Counted from the stretch's first letter, positions 1-15,105 are shown. The stretch: DNA of 64,000 nucleotides from Phoronis australis (GCA_002633005.1 NMRA01000786.1:80981-144980); one strand, 5' to 3'. The notes: a model not told the origin generated them from the letters alone. A program made the numbers and translations.

Positions 1-689
1 TACTCAAAAACTTCATACAGAGCTAATACTTTGTGCATGTGTTGGGATGCTGGCCCAAAGTACACTGCTGCAATATTTGCACTCAATGACCTTTGGTTAC
101 CGAGATATGACCTATTTGGCTATAAAGGCATATTTTGCATTGTTTCATGTCAATAAAACTGCATTTTTGAACGGCAAAAAACCAGACTTAGAAAGCTGGT
201 GACACAGTTTGACAATGATGGTCATAAAGACTCATGTAAGGTTAGTAAGAAAATGAAATTTGCAACTCATAGGTACAATTAAATTTCCAGCAGGGGAGAA
301 AACTCCGAGACCACTTTTCAGGCCAGTCAGTAGTGGCAAGATGTTGCTTAACCTGCCTGCTATATCGGAATATATTTGAAGTTGAAATTCTCTGTGTAGA
401 CACTTCTAAGATTGAACTTTGATAATTGCTTTTAAAAAAACTTGTCTCTTATATACTTAGTGCTAAACGTGGCCCTCGAATTTGGGCATTTTTGTGATGT
501 GGCCTTAGTCTGACTGACAAGAGAATTGAGGCTACTCTTTTAGTTTAGAGATATCACCTAAAATATATGATCTAATATCAACAATGCAATATCACTAAAA
601 TTTAACTTTCACTTTTGAGACCCCAATTTTCTAAAACACTCCATTCTTTGTTTAACTTTACCAATAGCACTTTAGGGTTCGAGATTACA

Positions 690-2833
690 TGCACTTCCTG
701 TCACTGCAAAGAGTATGGAGGAATTTCCTTCTTGTACATTTGGTTAATTTCGTTACATAAGTGTAATCGCGGAGGAAATGTGGCCTTCATTAGCTGTCTT
801 AAAGACGTCAGAAGTCATCTAAAGTCGTGCAAAGTGCCACAGAAGTTTGAAAGTATATCGGAATTACAGCTGATTCTTGCCAGAGCTGGAGATAGGAGGT
901 TGGACTGGCAAATCAATGGAAATGCGCCGTACACATTGACATGAGTTTGGACTTGGCTTTAGACAAAAATTGACGTGCTGTTATCCAGAACACACAGCAT
1001 ATTGTCAGAGGGATAAACCAGGAACAAGCAAAACAGGATCTGATGTCATCTCTGACCCCACACCAAGTTTTGGTTGTAATGGATTTTGCAATGAAGTTCA
1101 TACCCATCAGTTTCCGTGAAGCACAGTCCGACTGGTTTGGAAAAAAGGATCTCATGGCACATGGCGGCTTGTATCACAAAGAAAGGTGAAAGCCACCTGG
1201 TAAAAATAAATCCTCAATTAGTATTCAAGATGTTGCAAAGTAGTTCTCAGATGTGCTCAATATTAAACAGAAAGACAGTGATGAACAATGTTGTTGTCTT
1301 TACCTCTTTTTAGTATATTGATTTACTGTAACAGTTCAAGATACAGGGAGTGTGCACTTAATATCTATTTTTTTTCTTGCCATTTCCCAACAAAAGCTTG
1401 ACAGTGATGCATTCTTTGTATCTTAGTAGATTTTGCACACAAACCTTCATTTTAACTGAAGCCATTTTGTACTTATGTATGATTTTCATATCTTTGTGAA
1501 GGGGAAATTTCCCCCTCCCTAGAAATGTTTTGAAGGAGCTACTGATATAATAACGTGTTGAGACGAACCATGATTGAAGTTAAGTTGAGTTGTGTGATTG
1601 CGGTTTAGGTGGTAATAAGATGTAATAAGGTAGTTCTTTAAACTAGCTGACCTATTTGAGATACATAATTGTTGTATTTCAGGTACATACGTTCATCCAT
1701 ACTCTAGATGCCTGCAATCAAGACTTTTTCACTGTTTGCTGTTTAACGCTAGATGTGCTAAGGCAGGTGAAACCTAGGGATCCACAAATAACGGAAGCTC
1801 CGACAATGCCAGTTGTTACCATTCAGCTGCCCTTTTGATTCATTTGTTCTACATATCTGGTAACACTGGCATCTCCATTCTGTGCTGCGACTTCAGTGAA
1901 AGTCAGAAGGGAAAAGACATCTGTGACAGGAAAATCGCACCCTTGAAGTCCCATGCCAAGTACCTCGTCAATGAAGGCAACAAAATGCAGTCGACCTGAA
2001 ACATGCACTAGAGTCTAGAGGAGGTGTCAAAGGCTGTTATGTGTCGGCCTGTAGTGTGAATGCCCCAAAGGTCCTTCCCAAGCACAGTATCCAAGGGATA
2101 AGTTTGCTGACAATCTTTGAGTATTCCGCCGATGGCATTCGAGCATGGAAGGCCTATACATGTAGAGTAGGGGAGGGAAAACTTGTCATCAACAAATCAT
2201 GTAAACTGTTGCCTCTGGAAAGTCTTGACCTTGCAACACTCCAGTGTTTTACAACTCCTAGGGTTGAGTCGGGGCTGGTATCCCGTGAACGTCATACGAA
2301 GTTCACATGCACACACTATGGGTGCTCGAAATCTTTTCCTACAGATGCTGAGCTAAATGAGCACTTGGATGTTGGTGCTCATTCATCATCCCTTCAGAAC
2401 GAGACTCAGTTCGACCACATTTCAAGACAATCTGATATTATGTTATCTACTACCACAGCTGTATCATCACCTGAGTTGTCTGCCGTTTACGTTGTTAATC
2501 AAGTTGCCGCAGGATTGGGCCCTGAAAAGTATTAGAAAAGCGGTCCGCTTCTCTGAGAAGGTAAAGACTTAACCCAGTAATATATTTCCTGAAGGTGAAC
2601 AGTCAGGCAGAAAATAACAGCCAGCTGAGGTTGTAAAGATGATGCGAGAAACCAAGAATAAGCAAGGAAAAGTTTTCTCCTCTGAAGAGTGGCTGTCGGA
2701 GCAGCAGATTGATGGATTTTTCTCCCGTATGGTTGCCGCGTCTCGAATCGGAAATATTCAGAATATTGAAGATGCTGATGCTGCTGCTGCTGCCCACGAG
2801 TTTGCCTCAAAGAATGACTTGGAGCTTGAATGA
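690..2833 (+). pseudogene. Degenerate DDD transposase, Sola3-like, with a C2H2 finger near the C-terminus
   Basis: Manual translation across frameshifts and an intron gives MDFAMKFIPISFREAQSDWFGKK-ISWH (~1078-1160), SDNASCYH (~1800-1823), DFSE..KGKDICDRKIA, IQGISLL..FEY...IRAWKAY, CTHYGCSKSF...HLDVGAH, WALK and WLSEQQIDGFFSRM. As I recall, these motifs are typical of Sola3 transposases. Multiple stops and frameshifts are present. Confidence 0.75.
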
Positions 2834-4655
2834 GTTATCATCATAAACTGTAGGAAATTATAAACATGTTTTAGTTGTTGTCTATTCTTATGATATTGTT
2901 GTGGTCATCATTATCGTAGCTAGGGGACTGGGGTCCACCCTGGGCGAAATTGGGAAACATGGAAGATGACGCAAATGCGGGGCTTCCATGGGGGAGAGAT
3001 TTGAGTGGTGGCCGTTTGGGAAAAATAATCCAAGCCACTGATGGTCAACACTGAAATCTTCTGTCACTTTTTACTAGCGTTTTTTGTTTTATGTTCAGTT
3101 TGAGACTCGTAAAGCATACTTTTTACATGATTGACTCTATTAAAACTACTGAGATTTTTATAGGAGTGATTATCTAGTTTTGAGAAACGTCTATCTTAGA
3201 CATGTGTACTGAGCAAAATAAAAGGACTTAGTGTTTCAGTAGCTCTTGTTTTCTTCAAACAAAATGCAGTTTTTTGAAGTGTTGTGTAGAAATGCTTCAT
3301 ACACTAAACCTAGCATACCCTCAAGAAATTGTGGTTTTGATTCCGCCGCTTGAACGGAATTTACATATTGTGAAACTTTTAGCTGGTAAGTCGCAACAAC
3401 ACCCAATTGCTTAAATACTGGTTTAAAAAGCCGGTATCTTGGATATCACTGAAACTATTATTTTTTCAATCGTAAATATCCGTACCTGTTATTTTTCTGA
3501 AATTGCAAATTCCAGTGGCGCACCGCCACCATGCTCGGCCGCTTTTGTGTAGTACAAGAAGCCTTGCGTGACACTTTGTATGTTCAATAACACGACACTT
3601 CTGCTCGTATCCACCGTCCTCTTTTCACTTGTGATCTCGAAGATCTTGATTAGTTTTAGTATGAACTTTGCTAATAGTTTGAGAGGACTTTTTCAAGCGC
3701 ATATACAGGGATTTGTTCAGGAGGTCTGAATTTGGACCAGCATGCACTGCAGGCAGTGCGTGGGATTCTTAGTCAATTACAGTGTTTGAAAAATGACCAA
3801 GCAATGGGTAATGGGCACCCTCGATAAGAATAAAATCTGCTTCTCTGAAGTATGAGATGGTGATGGATTTGTATTATTAACTCATAAGTACATTAAACTT
3901 GACTTTTTGGTTTCTGTAATCCTATAACAAATTTTTATTTTTGCACCAGCAAAACTGAAAATCCGCGAAGAAAAAATCTCTCATACAGCTTCCCATGATC
4001 TCCTTCGTCAATGATGCAGCAAAACGAATGATATTTGTTCTATTTGGCATCTTGGTCGATAGATAATTGCACAATCGAATAGCGCCTCCTGGAGCCTTTT
4101 AATTAAACTGACAGTCACAGATTGGCAGAAAAGTGTGTGAGTTATGTAAAAAACTGACTGCACGAAAACTGCGAAAGAGACAAGATTTTTTATTCTTGCG
4201 TTTTGCTGAACAAAGACAGCTGTAACAGATGAAAGTTAACTCATGTTCCAAAAGAATCCGATATAGATTTGGGAAAGTGATAAAAATGCGTAAAAATGAC
4301 CTTAATGTTCAGTAGTGAAAATGATAATTTTGTAGGCTAAACTGGGAGGACATAAAAATAATAATAATAAATCCACCCGAACTAGTTTTTCTTGTATGTT
4401 ATTCTTTTTTCTTTCTGCTATATAGTTATTTTTTCAATAGCATGAAGCGATGATGTGCTGTTGCTGACAAAAGTCACCTACTTCCAAGTACTATTATTTG
4501 CTATTTTTCAGAAAAAGTACTAAGTGGTCGTAAAAAGGTTTAAAAAAAATCGGAAACTTTTAAAAATTCAGGCTTAGGTCTCTTTTGTCAAGGCCAGCTG
4601 ATGTGCTAAGTTTCAAAAAATTGGTGATTTTGCATATATAGCCCACCATCTGGTT

Positions 4656-4695
4656 TTTATATGGAATTGCTCTTTTAAGAGCAATTCCATATAAA
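4656..4695. mobile_element. Back-to-back Sola3-type termini (...GAATTGCTC|TTTTAA|GAGCAATTC...)
   Basis: Perfect 17-bp inverted arms tttatatggaattgctc / gagcaattccatataaa flank TTTTAA. Sola3 elements have GAG...CTC ends and target TTAA, so 4672 is probably the right end of the element carrying the 690-2833 transposase. Confidence 0.6.
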
Positions 4696-5965
4696 TTAAA
4701 ATTAGTTCATGCTACCATAGGCTGAAATTATATATTCAGTCTTGATACTCTAGGATCCCTAAACAACTAACTAGTCTTGTGTTTGTACATGTATATGTTG
4801 ACTGGCAGTCTACATAACCAGTTCCTCCTATTTTTGATACTCACTACAAGTACACCTTCATCCAGTCAAAGCATCTGTAGTCCTGAAAGCATTGGTAAAA
4901 TATATTTCCTTGCTGTTTCGGCATTATTGCAGATTTGATAAGGAACTGGGTTGTAACATTTGTCTTTTGTAAATGAATTATAAGCAACTACTGGTTGATG
5001 AGGGTTGACATCCTATATTGGTCAATCAAAATGTCTAGAATTATTTTTATTATTACAGACTATGAATTCACCAATACTTTTGTAAACTGACATTTGGTTG
5101 GTTTTGGATGAGATTTGTAACAAAGATTTGATTTGAGTTACTTGGCCAAATATTTCTTTCTTAAAAATTAGTTTGAATTATAGGGCTGTACATGTACATC
5201 TGTTTAAACCAATTTGATATACCAAACTAAAGTAGCTATTGTAGTCTTTGAGGCCCTGGTAATATTAATATGAACCACCTTAAAAATGAAATAAAGAACA
5301 TACCATCAAAGTACTAAACAGTTTTATAAAATGTTTCACACTAATACATGTATATGTAGTCAGTACTAAAAAATTTGTAGTCTTTCTTCCGAACTGGTTG
5401 ATCTGGTGTGCTTGAGGGTCAATGCTATTTGGACATAAAATATATTTATTGTTAATCCTTATGAAATCCACTAGATAATTGCGAGTTATATAAAGTTATG
5501 GGAATAGGGTTGATAGACCAATATGTGTAGCATAAATCCAGGGTTGCATAAGTTTTAACTAAAAATCTCAGACAGAGCCTGAATCCGTACGGTGCAATGG
5601 GAAGTTGGTCTCTATGAGCACAAGTTTCTAGCAATGCTCGGTAAGTCAATTATGTCATTACAATTTTCTACAAACAAAATTTCTTTGGAATAGAATAGAA
5701 TGTGGGCAGAACTAATGCTAAATAAGGGAAAGTTATGTACTCATACAAAACACCTGCATTTAAAATTATTCATAAAAATAATGTACTTTTTGAAAATGTT
5801 CGCCCTTGCACCACCAGATGACCCCTAGCTGGGGATCAAATCGATTTCATGGCTATCACCTGCGTCTACTAAATGCCAGATAACATCTCTCAGTAAAATA
5901 ACATTCAGCCGAGACCATCAGACATTAAACTCACGGTAAAAATCCCTTAATTACACACACAGTAG

Positions 5966-6120
5966 CAGTGTCGGATTTAAGGGGAGGGAGCCAAAGGGTC
6001 CGTGGCCCCCCTAAAATTGTCTCAGATTCCATTTGTCAGTACGGGGTGCGAATGCCTGACGGGAAAAATCCTGGCTAATACTCTGCACCCCCTAACCCAA
6101 AACCCTGGATCCGCCCGTGT
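5966..6120. mobile_element. Short MITE with CAGTG(T)CGGAT...ATCCGCC termini (hAT-like non-autonomous)
   Basis: Begins cagtgtcggatttaagggg and ends ctggatccgcccgtg. Same terminus type as other copies in the window; no clear TSD. Confidence 0.45.
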
Positions 6121-8396
6121 TCGCAGTCCGAAAATGGCCCGTTGTTATCAGGTACAACCCTAAAAATATCATATTCGGGTGTAAGCCTTTTTCGAACAAA
6201 ATAGACAACTGGCTAATTTCCAAACTTTACGTTCAGACATAAATACTAAACTTTCCTGATTTACAAGCCTAGCAAATCGTACTTTGCTCTCAATTCAGTG
6301 TATGCAGGACAATCAAGTAAAAAATTGAATTTTATTCTTTAACTACTCTTTTAGAACATGCTGAACACAAACGTACATTCAACTAATTTGGCTGAACATG
6401 TTTAGTCACCCATTCTATCTCTAATCCCATATGGAATAACTGTTTGGGCATTTGGAGTTTGCACAAGGTTAAAAAAGTAACAACGAAGCTATACGAAATA
6501 TTGACAAATCAGTATACATGGAACGGATGGATGGCAGTGGTACATGTACATTTTACTTAGTGAGCGACACGCACACTGAGCACGGATCACGAATAAATAG
6601 ATGGCCGACTGACGCAAAACAATTAAAAATGTTGTTACTGATTTTTATTGATAAAGTTGATTGTTGTGCCCAAGTTTGGTCAATAAGGCGGCTAACATTA
6701 AAATAAAACCGATTTTTGTACGTTAAACATGGAAACGAACATGACAACGAAGTTTCACTCATGAACTTATTAATGTTAATAAAAATAATTCATTAAATAA
6801 CAGTAAGTAATATACTGCTCTAGTTGGATGAGTTAACTAAACTTTTACACAGAATTACAAACACAGCAGTTGTTAATGGTGTAATCAAGGTAATGATCGT
6901 TTCCCTTACCGATATTACAAACAAAACATTTTCTGTATTCGTTTGGTAAAGCGCCGTGTGAACATGGATGGAGTTGGAGGCAAATTTCCGTTTTTATATT
7001 ACGTAGACTACGCTGTACAGATACGAGAACAGACAATATTGATTTTCTAAGTTGGAAAGAAAATATAGAACCACGCTGGAATGACGAGATAGTATTAAAT
7101 TACAAGTGATTTTATATTACATGTATGTTATAAGTTAAATACCTTGTTGAAAGCCATGTGTATGAGGGCTACTTTATCTGCCTAGGAAAACACACAAAAC
7201 AAATTTGGTTCATCTTAGAAGTTCAAACCATCATCTGATGATTGACATGTCACGGTAACTTCGTGTATCTCGTGAGCAAACACAATACCCATGTTACAAC
7301 ATCGACAAAATGAGGACAAATACTGTTTTCTAGTGTACATCTATAACTTCCGAAACAATTTCAAGTTTCCTGTTGTTTACCTTCAAAATATTAGAACAGT
7401 TTTTTAGAAAGGTCTTCAACTATACAAATATAAATTACGTAATATTAAAAGTCCTTATAAATTATTGAAAGGCTGAGGTCACTGAGGTAAAGGAAAAAAT
7501 ATCTGATTGTATTTATTCTTTTACTGAAATTTTTGAAGTGATGGTATCATTATAATGATGTTTAGATAGTTCAATGCATAAGGAGTTCGTACATGTATAT
7601 ATGAATAAACTATGTTGTATGACATTTATTAGAATTAGTCAAAGCACCACCACTGCCGCCGCCAACACGGGGCTGTTGCTGCTGCTGTCATTGTTGTCAA
7701 CTGTAATATTAGGCCTATTTTGTATTTATAAATGGCTCAATCATGTATTGAAAAAATTAATAAAACACTTCCAGTTTCATAAAAAATTGCGAGGTTTACA
7801 TTATCGTAAATCAGCTGAGATCTCAAGGTGGAAAAAGCAATGAAACACCATTTTCAGCAATGATGATTCCTAATCCGTTTTGCCCATTGTTGTTATTTTC
7901 AAAACGTGGTTAAATTGAATGACGTAGTATTTTTGAGATCTGAACATCAGTCGTTTTTACTCCAGTGTTTGGCGTATATGTAGGTCTTTTTCTGGATGAA
8001 GGTGTTTCTTCATGTAGTATTGTGATGAAAAATATCCCAACACGTGCATAAGCGTTGTATGGCATAAAGTCGGGTAACTGTGACTGATGCAACCGGGAAT
8101 ACTGTATTACAAATTTCTCGCGTCTTGACACGTTGCACATGTGAGCAACTTTACATTCAGACCTAGTCCTGTTTTCTGTCCAAATTTGTTTTCGCGTAAG
8201 TTCAGTTCTGTAGGTTACTATTCAAACAAGAATACCAAATACTTGAGCACGGCACGGAATATGGGTAAATTAAAGATATATTTCGCTCATTTTATCTTAA
8301 AAACTACTTATGAAATTCTTTTGGTAAAAACTATTTACAAACGTGCCAAGCACAATTTATGGGTTTAACAAATATTTCCATGTTAACGCCATCAGC

Positions 8397-8828
8397 CAGT
8401 GCCGGATTCAGAACAGAATAGAGGCTACATGTACGAGCCTCGCGCTTTTTGGGACCTCGCTTTCACAGCAGCTTCTGAGGCACCTGTACCAGAAGCAATA
8501 ACACCTTGTGGTGCGAAACGTTGTGTTGGGACACCGACATTTTCAATTTGCGTAGGGACAAGAGTGCGGGGCTCCAGTGATCTAAGCGATGTCAAAAGGC
8601 ATGTAGGTGTATAAATGTTTGTAATCGATTAATTCGATGCGTTGCCCAGTTGGCACATGTGTCTCATCATGCAGAAGCCGTCTCAACTGCTTTCTTTTGC
8701 AAAAGTGAAAATTAAACCTGGGTTGCTTTGGCTTTGAGATAATTGTTGTATGAGCATTTGAGTATACATGTAGGTCCCGCGCTATGACTATACCATGGGC
8801 CCCGCAGTGATAGCTGAGTCCGCCACTA
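8397..8828. mobile_element. MITE, hAT-like non-autonomous
   Basis: TIRs cagtgccggattcag / ctgagtccgccacta, with a flanking direct repeat CATCAGC at 8390-8396 and 8829-8835. Confidence 0.65.
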
Positions 8829-10293
8829 CATCAGCAGGAAAGAAATGTCTTTCATGTTTAACAGGTAATCGGCTGAATTTGAAGGCTTATCTAAAATGAA
8901 AAACTGGGCGTTGATTATAGATAAAAATTAATCCATGGTGTTGTGTTGGTGCTGATCACAAGTTAGTGGCAAGAGCATATTCACTGTACAATTCGCAGAA
9001 AGATATGTTAGACAACACAATGGTTTTTAATAAAATACCAATGGCAGGTTGCATTTGTAACAATAGGCACACCACTTTCATTTCGAAATTCGCGGAAATG
9101 TTTTTATAATTGTAATAAATTACATGATTATCTTGGCAATGACTAAATGCAGGGAAAATGTGACAGCAGGAATGTAAAAGACGAACAGAGTGTATTATCA
9201 GATAAAAGAGTGAGTTCTTCGATAGACCAAGACCTAATAACCCGCCCAGTCAAACCAACCTGTTGAACTTGGTATGTACATTCTTCCCCAGCTCAGAAAT
9301 CAATTTTAATTTCAGTAACCTGAGTCAGAATATAACAATACGTAATCTATATCGAGTTTTTATTCTAGGAAGACAGATTGTTGAACTGAGTACTCCAATT
9401 TTGCGGATTCACAAAAAAACTTGTTAACATTCACCCAGAAGTGTTTGATTCTTGCACTGTATTTCAAAACACTTCTGGGACCAAACTGTTACGTTTCTTT
9501 ACACATATTGGCTGACTTCACTTGGTGGGGACTGTATTGAAGATTTACCTATTCCCGTTTAGTCCGTAGTCCAGACAAAATCGGTTTTCAGATGCCTGAT
9601 TAATGATATCAATTTTATTTTTGTGAAGCGCCAGGTTCGTTCTTTTGTCCAATGTCACAAGGCAAACGCCAATTATCTAAGCTGAACGAACACTCATGGA
9701 CTCAAAAGCGTTCTCAAGAAATAAAAAAACACATGGCAGCATTTTGGCGATCGTATTTCTTCGGCGAAACAAGGAACGAGGAATTCAACTTCAGAAGCCA
9801 AACGCGATCCAAGTTACCAGTTTCTGTCCCTGATATTTCAATTCAAGCATAACTTGTTTTGGCCGTGATAGACCGTGAAATTCCTGAGTAAATCACATGC
9901 CTTCATTTAGCCGGTAACATGTGATTTCACGCTAATACATATTAACTGATGGCGTTAACTAAGAGTTGTCTAACGAAACAACACGTCTGTTTTCACTTTT
10001 TCGCTCTTCTGATGGATTTAAACTAATAGCAGATTTGAAATTTTCATAAAATTTCACCTCCGTACATGCCCTCTCCGTAAATAACGGTGAAGTTTAGCTG
10101 AGGTCGCTTCGGTCAGATCAGCCGAGTTTGAAATAACTTTTAGTATTACTACGCGGTAAAGCGGTTTCCTTTGTTTAGAATTTTATATCCGATAAAAATT
10201 TAACTTACAATTATAATTTCAAAGTAAATACACAAACATTAGCGTGCAATATCAGTATACCTGAGTTAAAATTCATGAGAATGTATCAAATTT

Positions 10294-13200
10294 CAGTCCA
10301 GTCATTCTACGGATGACCCGGAAAAAATTGCAACAGAAGGTTTTATTGCATGAATCGTATCCCCTCACACCCCTTAGTGTGACAAAAAAGTCTACCGGAA
10401 TCGGAGTGGCGGAACTTGGTTTTTCAAGATGGCGGACAAAATGCCCGCCAGCATTACACATGACCATTATAACTCGAGAGTGGCATGTGATAGAGTAAAA
10501 ATTCAAAAAGGTTTACCTATCTTTTGTGGGTCAACAAATTTGTTGGAAATAGTTTTGCATGGCTGTGGTGACACCATCCGCCATTTTCCAAGATGGCCTC
10601 CAAAACTATTTCGAGTCGCACAACTTCGAATGAACAAATTAGTATGTCGTCTTGCTTCAAACATTGAATCATAAGTTTTCTGGGTCGACAAATCCATTGA
10701 GACTCATTACAATTGGCTCTAATGATTACTTCCAACAATTTCTAAGATGGCCACCAAATAGTTGCTTCGTGTAAGAACTTCAGATTCCAGAGGCACGCCA
10801 GCTTCACAGATGTCATATCCTGAAGTTTTTAGGTCAGCACGACGATTACAATAATTTTTGTCTGGCTCTGATGATTACGACTACAATTTTCAAGATTGTT
10901 TAACGAGTAATAACTTATTTGGGTGAAAGACATCAGGTTTGCCTGGACTGAAGGATCATTCTCCTCCTGAAAATGTGCTGTATCGAAAATAACTTTCTGC
11001 GATTAATTTAGTGATCTACTACCACGCCGTCTGTGTCACCTCCAGTTAGTTGTAAATGGGAATACAGCAACAGTTGAGACAGGAGAAAGGTTTACAATTG
11101 TATGTTTAGCAAGTTAAACAGTTTATAATATAAGTGCTTGCACAGCTCCCACTAGGCTTCTCTTAGCGATGTTACAAGTCTGTCTGAAGCAGTCATTCTC
11201 AGTCTGTGATCAAAATCTGTACACAATCAACCAGTATTTACACAATTAATCTCTTTCAACTGAGAATGAATTAGTAAATATATAGACGCTGAGGTTGGCC
11301 AGTAATTAAATATTTCAAATAAACACAGAAAAATCAGGAATCTCAACTGAGAATGAATTGTTGCAGCTTAAGCCACGGCATTCTCCACATGCAACCGAGC
11401 TCGGCAATCCTAACTTCTTGCAAGAACATCTCTTGGAACTGCAGTTGGTCTTACACAAGCATCTTACTACTTTCAGCAGGTTGTTTGGTGCTGATGACTA
11501 GTCCGTCGTCGTGGGAATGAATTTTCCACCTGCCAGCTATCCCCAATACAGCGAGACTAGGCCACTGCCACGGAAACTTGACCACTCTTGCCCTTGATAG
11601 TATGTCCCGCAACAATGAAATTTAGCTACTGAAGAAAGTTGGTGGTAATGACTGTATGTGGACTGGTTCTGACACCTCATCTACAAATCGTCTCGATCGC
11701 AAGTCATCCAAATTTCCAGAGCCAGTACCGCCTTAAAGCATAGATACAACTTTTACCAGATTCAAATACGTCTTGCTTCAGCTGCATGGGTCTAGTGAAT
11801 ACTCTGGCGTTTTCGCAGAATTCTTGATCACGCAGTTTCTTGAATGGGAGAGCCTTCGCATGCGCAAATGGCAAAACTGCGCAAGTTTCGGCTCCAAGAG
11901 ACAACTGTAGTATTTTCATGTCCCACACTCTCCTTTTGCTTTGGTGCCTCTTGTCAAATTTCATGAACATTGGAAATTGTGAAGTAGCATGGTAACACAA
12001 AAGAACCAACAAGTCTGTATCATCTGCAATAAGGATTGTTGGACCTTGTGCTGCGTTCTCTACATCTGCGTCACATTGAGCCTGTACCACTGTGCAAACA
12101 GTATTTCCTAGCAAACTAGACAAGAAGTGAATGAATCATCGTTTGTTTTTGCTCTTTGCCAAAAATGTTCCTTCTTTGACTTGATCACCATGTCACCATT
12201 GAAGTGAACTTCAGTTCCAACCACCCCACCCAGTCTTCGAACATGGGAGACATCTTTAGTTGATGGGCCACCTCCATAACCATCGAAAACAACAGTAGGC
12301 TGGGTGTACTTGCTGATGTAATCCACATAAGCTCTGCCAAACGACTGAGACGTTGCATTTCTAGGCCATGGAATACGATGAAGGAGAGAACCGCCATCGA
12401 TTACATGCATCACCGCGTTTTCTGGAAACGGAAATCCTCAGGTAGTCCCCCGCTGGACCAGATTGCATCAGCTAATATTGATTTATTAGAGACTCTGGGA
12501 CGACCAGGTGTATCAAAAAGAGCAGGGGAACCACCACAAAGCTCAAACTTCAAAAGGCTTCATGAACTTTCACTGTTGTCTTTTGCAGCTGTCAGGATTC
12601 GCTGAAGTAGCAGTCGTGGATCCACTTGCGTAAAATCACTATTAGCAATTGACTTGTCATTGCCACAACCTTGTCATTCTTTCTGAATGTGAAGTCTTTC
12701 ACACTTGACCCCTCCATAGACAAGCGAATCGTCATCCCCGCTCCTCTGCCAGTTTCGGCATTAACGTGCGTGCCTGCAGTCACACCAGTGACGATGTTCT
12801 GCAATGTTTATCTTTAAAATGGGTCTCCGTTGTGGAGGAATTCAACAAGGCTGCGGATGTCTTTGTCGTCACGCAACTGTCTTGCCTGGATATATTCCTA
12901 TGTTGCTGACATGTTTCACAACTCAAGTTTGTCACAGTCTACATGACACAGTTTATATTTGAGCATGCCGGCAAGGAAAGCAGCCACGGTGCACTCTACG
13001 TATCTCCCATTTCGCAACCTCTAGTTAAACCTCCTGTTGCTTTAATACTTTTCACGAGCGTTTGTTCACTTACAAGATCATATGACAAGCCTGCCCCCAA
13101 TCTGTCACTTTGTCTTATGACATCTGGACGGGTGTCTTTGAGTTGCTGCGTCTGCTGCAAGTATATGAACTGTATGCAGATTTTGCATAAGAATTGTGAC

Positions 13201-15105
13201 CAGCAGCTGCAAAGTAAGGCAGCATTTCAGAAACTGCTTTTAGGTGAAGTTCCCAATCTGACGTTATTTCTGCTTTTAAAAAAGTTGAAGGATGTCAATC
13301 ATCTTCATACACTGTAGCCAAAGACTAATGATTCGACTTTGCAAGGACAAGTCTAATTTATGTGCTTTGATTTTTTATGGACACTCACAAGACACTCCGT
13401 CGAGCATACATCGCCGCACACAGACGTCATGCCAGCAATAAGATCATCATACCGCTTCAGACCAGCTCTCAAATCATCATGAAGAATATCATTGGCCATT
13501 GATTCTTCTGACGTACTATTCTCTGTCACTGCGAATTCTGAAGACCTATACTCTGATTCAGACGTGTTTGAATATACCAATGGCAGTAGGTCGGAAACCA
13601 GAAGTGAGCTCTCGTGAGGGCATTCCACTGTAATCCAAGGTTCAGAATCAGAAGACACTGGCTGGGCATGGCATGCCCCAGAGTATACATCTAGTTATGT
13701 GATCAGTTGGGATGTCTAAAGAATCTGTCTCCATATTCTAACGAGCCAACATTGGTGTAGAAGCATTGAATTGCTCCCCCTCTTGGCACGGAATCTGTGT
13801 GTTCTGCGTTGGTGACATCCTGGACTCTTGGGATTTCTGAAGAACCGGAATTTCTTCATTGGTTCTGGATTGACGTTACTTGATCTGTCAATATTTGGAA
13901 GTGGGACATAAGGATCACACAGTTTGACGCATGCACCGTCTCAAGATCTTCTTGAAGCCCTGTGCCTGACATTACGTATCCAATACATTCCAGAAAGCTC
14001 ATCTCAATATGAAATCTGCCAAGCCTGGCTAAGAACAAGTGACTGCAGATCACTGTCGTTTGGTTTGCTGGCACTAATTTCCTCTAAAATCAGTTACTTA
14101 TGTTCATAAAAAGAAACAAATTGTGAATACTAAATGTTAAAATTTAATTATTAACTTTTTGTTACACAATTTTATTTGCTTTTCATCAAATTCAGATGAA
14201 ATCAACAGCCAAATTCTCAACACATGCCAGCAGCAGACGAAATCATTGCTTGGAAACATCTAATAATACCTCCAATAGCAGAGAAAAAAAGCCACTTCTT
14301 GCCCAATTTTATTCAGGGTTTGTGTAAGGAATAAGCCAATAACTCCGCCAGAATTTCATATTTTTCTAAGAAATATTATTTTTGAAACCTCAAATGAATA
14401 TATTTTACAGAAAAATAATTGAGTGTGTGAAATTTATTACAAAAATTTAGCTAAAGCCTTTTTTGAAAAACACCAAACTTTATGTTATGTAATCTAAAAT
14501 GTTATTACAATTCCACATTTAGTATCTAAATCTGAAAAACAAATTATAGAAACAATCGACTAATTAACCCTGACTGTAGATTGTAAAATATTTTTGTGTA
14601 AATGCCTATCAGGTTACCTACAAAGTTTGCAGAAAGTAAATGCTTTAAATTGGGGGTTTGTGAATTGTCAGCCATCTTGATTTTTTCTCTCCAACCAGTG
14701 ACCAATTGTAAGGTCTGGATATTTTCAATTGTCTACCTTACAAAGGAAAAAAAATTGCCATTTTCAGGGCAAAATATAAAAAGAAATCTTACAACAGGTA
14801 TGAAATTGCCGTTTCGGCCGTCATTTTGTCGGCCGTATTGGTTTTCTTTTACAGTAAAAAATCAATTACAAACGTTATTGTTTTATTTCCAGCTGTTACA
14901 TACGAGTAACATGCCAGAAAGCAGTAAACACCGGTTTAGGTGGCCATTTTTTCCGCCATCTTCAAAAACCGACTTCCGCCACTCCGATTTCGGTAGACTT
15001 TTTTTCTGGCACCAAGGGATGTTTGAAGATGCCATTTATGCAAAAAACCTTCTGTTGCAATTTTTTCTAGGTTGGGCCCTCTGGAGCCCTAGAATGACTG
15101 GACAA
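10294..15105 (-). mobile_element. Academ (AcademX-type) DNA transposon, decayed
   Basis: ~150-bp imperfect TIRs: cagtccagtcattcta...aaaaagtctaccggaatcggagtggcggaa at 10294-10445 and its inverse at ~14945-15105. Minus-strand remnants include RLGRFHIEMSFLECIG..SGTGL, DLVSEQTLVKSIKATGGLTRG, the XPG/PIN-like motifs VIDGGSLLHRIPW...VVFDGY...STKD and DADV...ADDTDLLVLL, and a Cys-rich C-terminus CKTNCSSKRCSCKKLG..VACGECRGLSCNN (~11350-11465). Confidence 0.85.

Noticed and set aside
9428-9480. Hairpin cccagaagtgttt...aaacacttctggg as an ncRNA
   Set aside because: Isolated 13-bp stem with no other support; likely a MITE relic.
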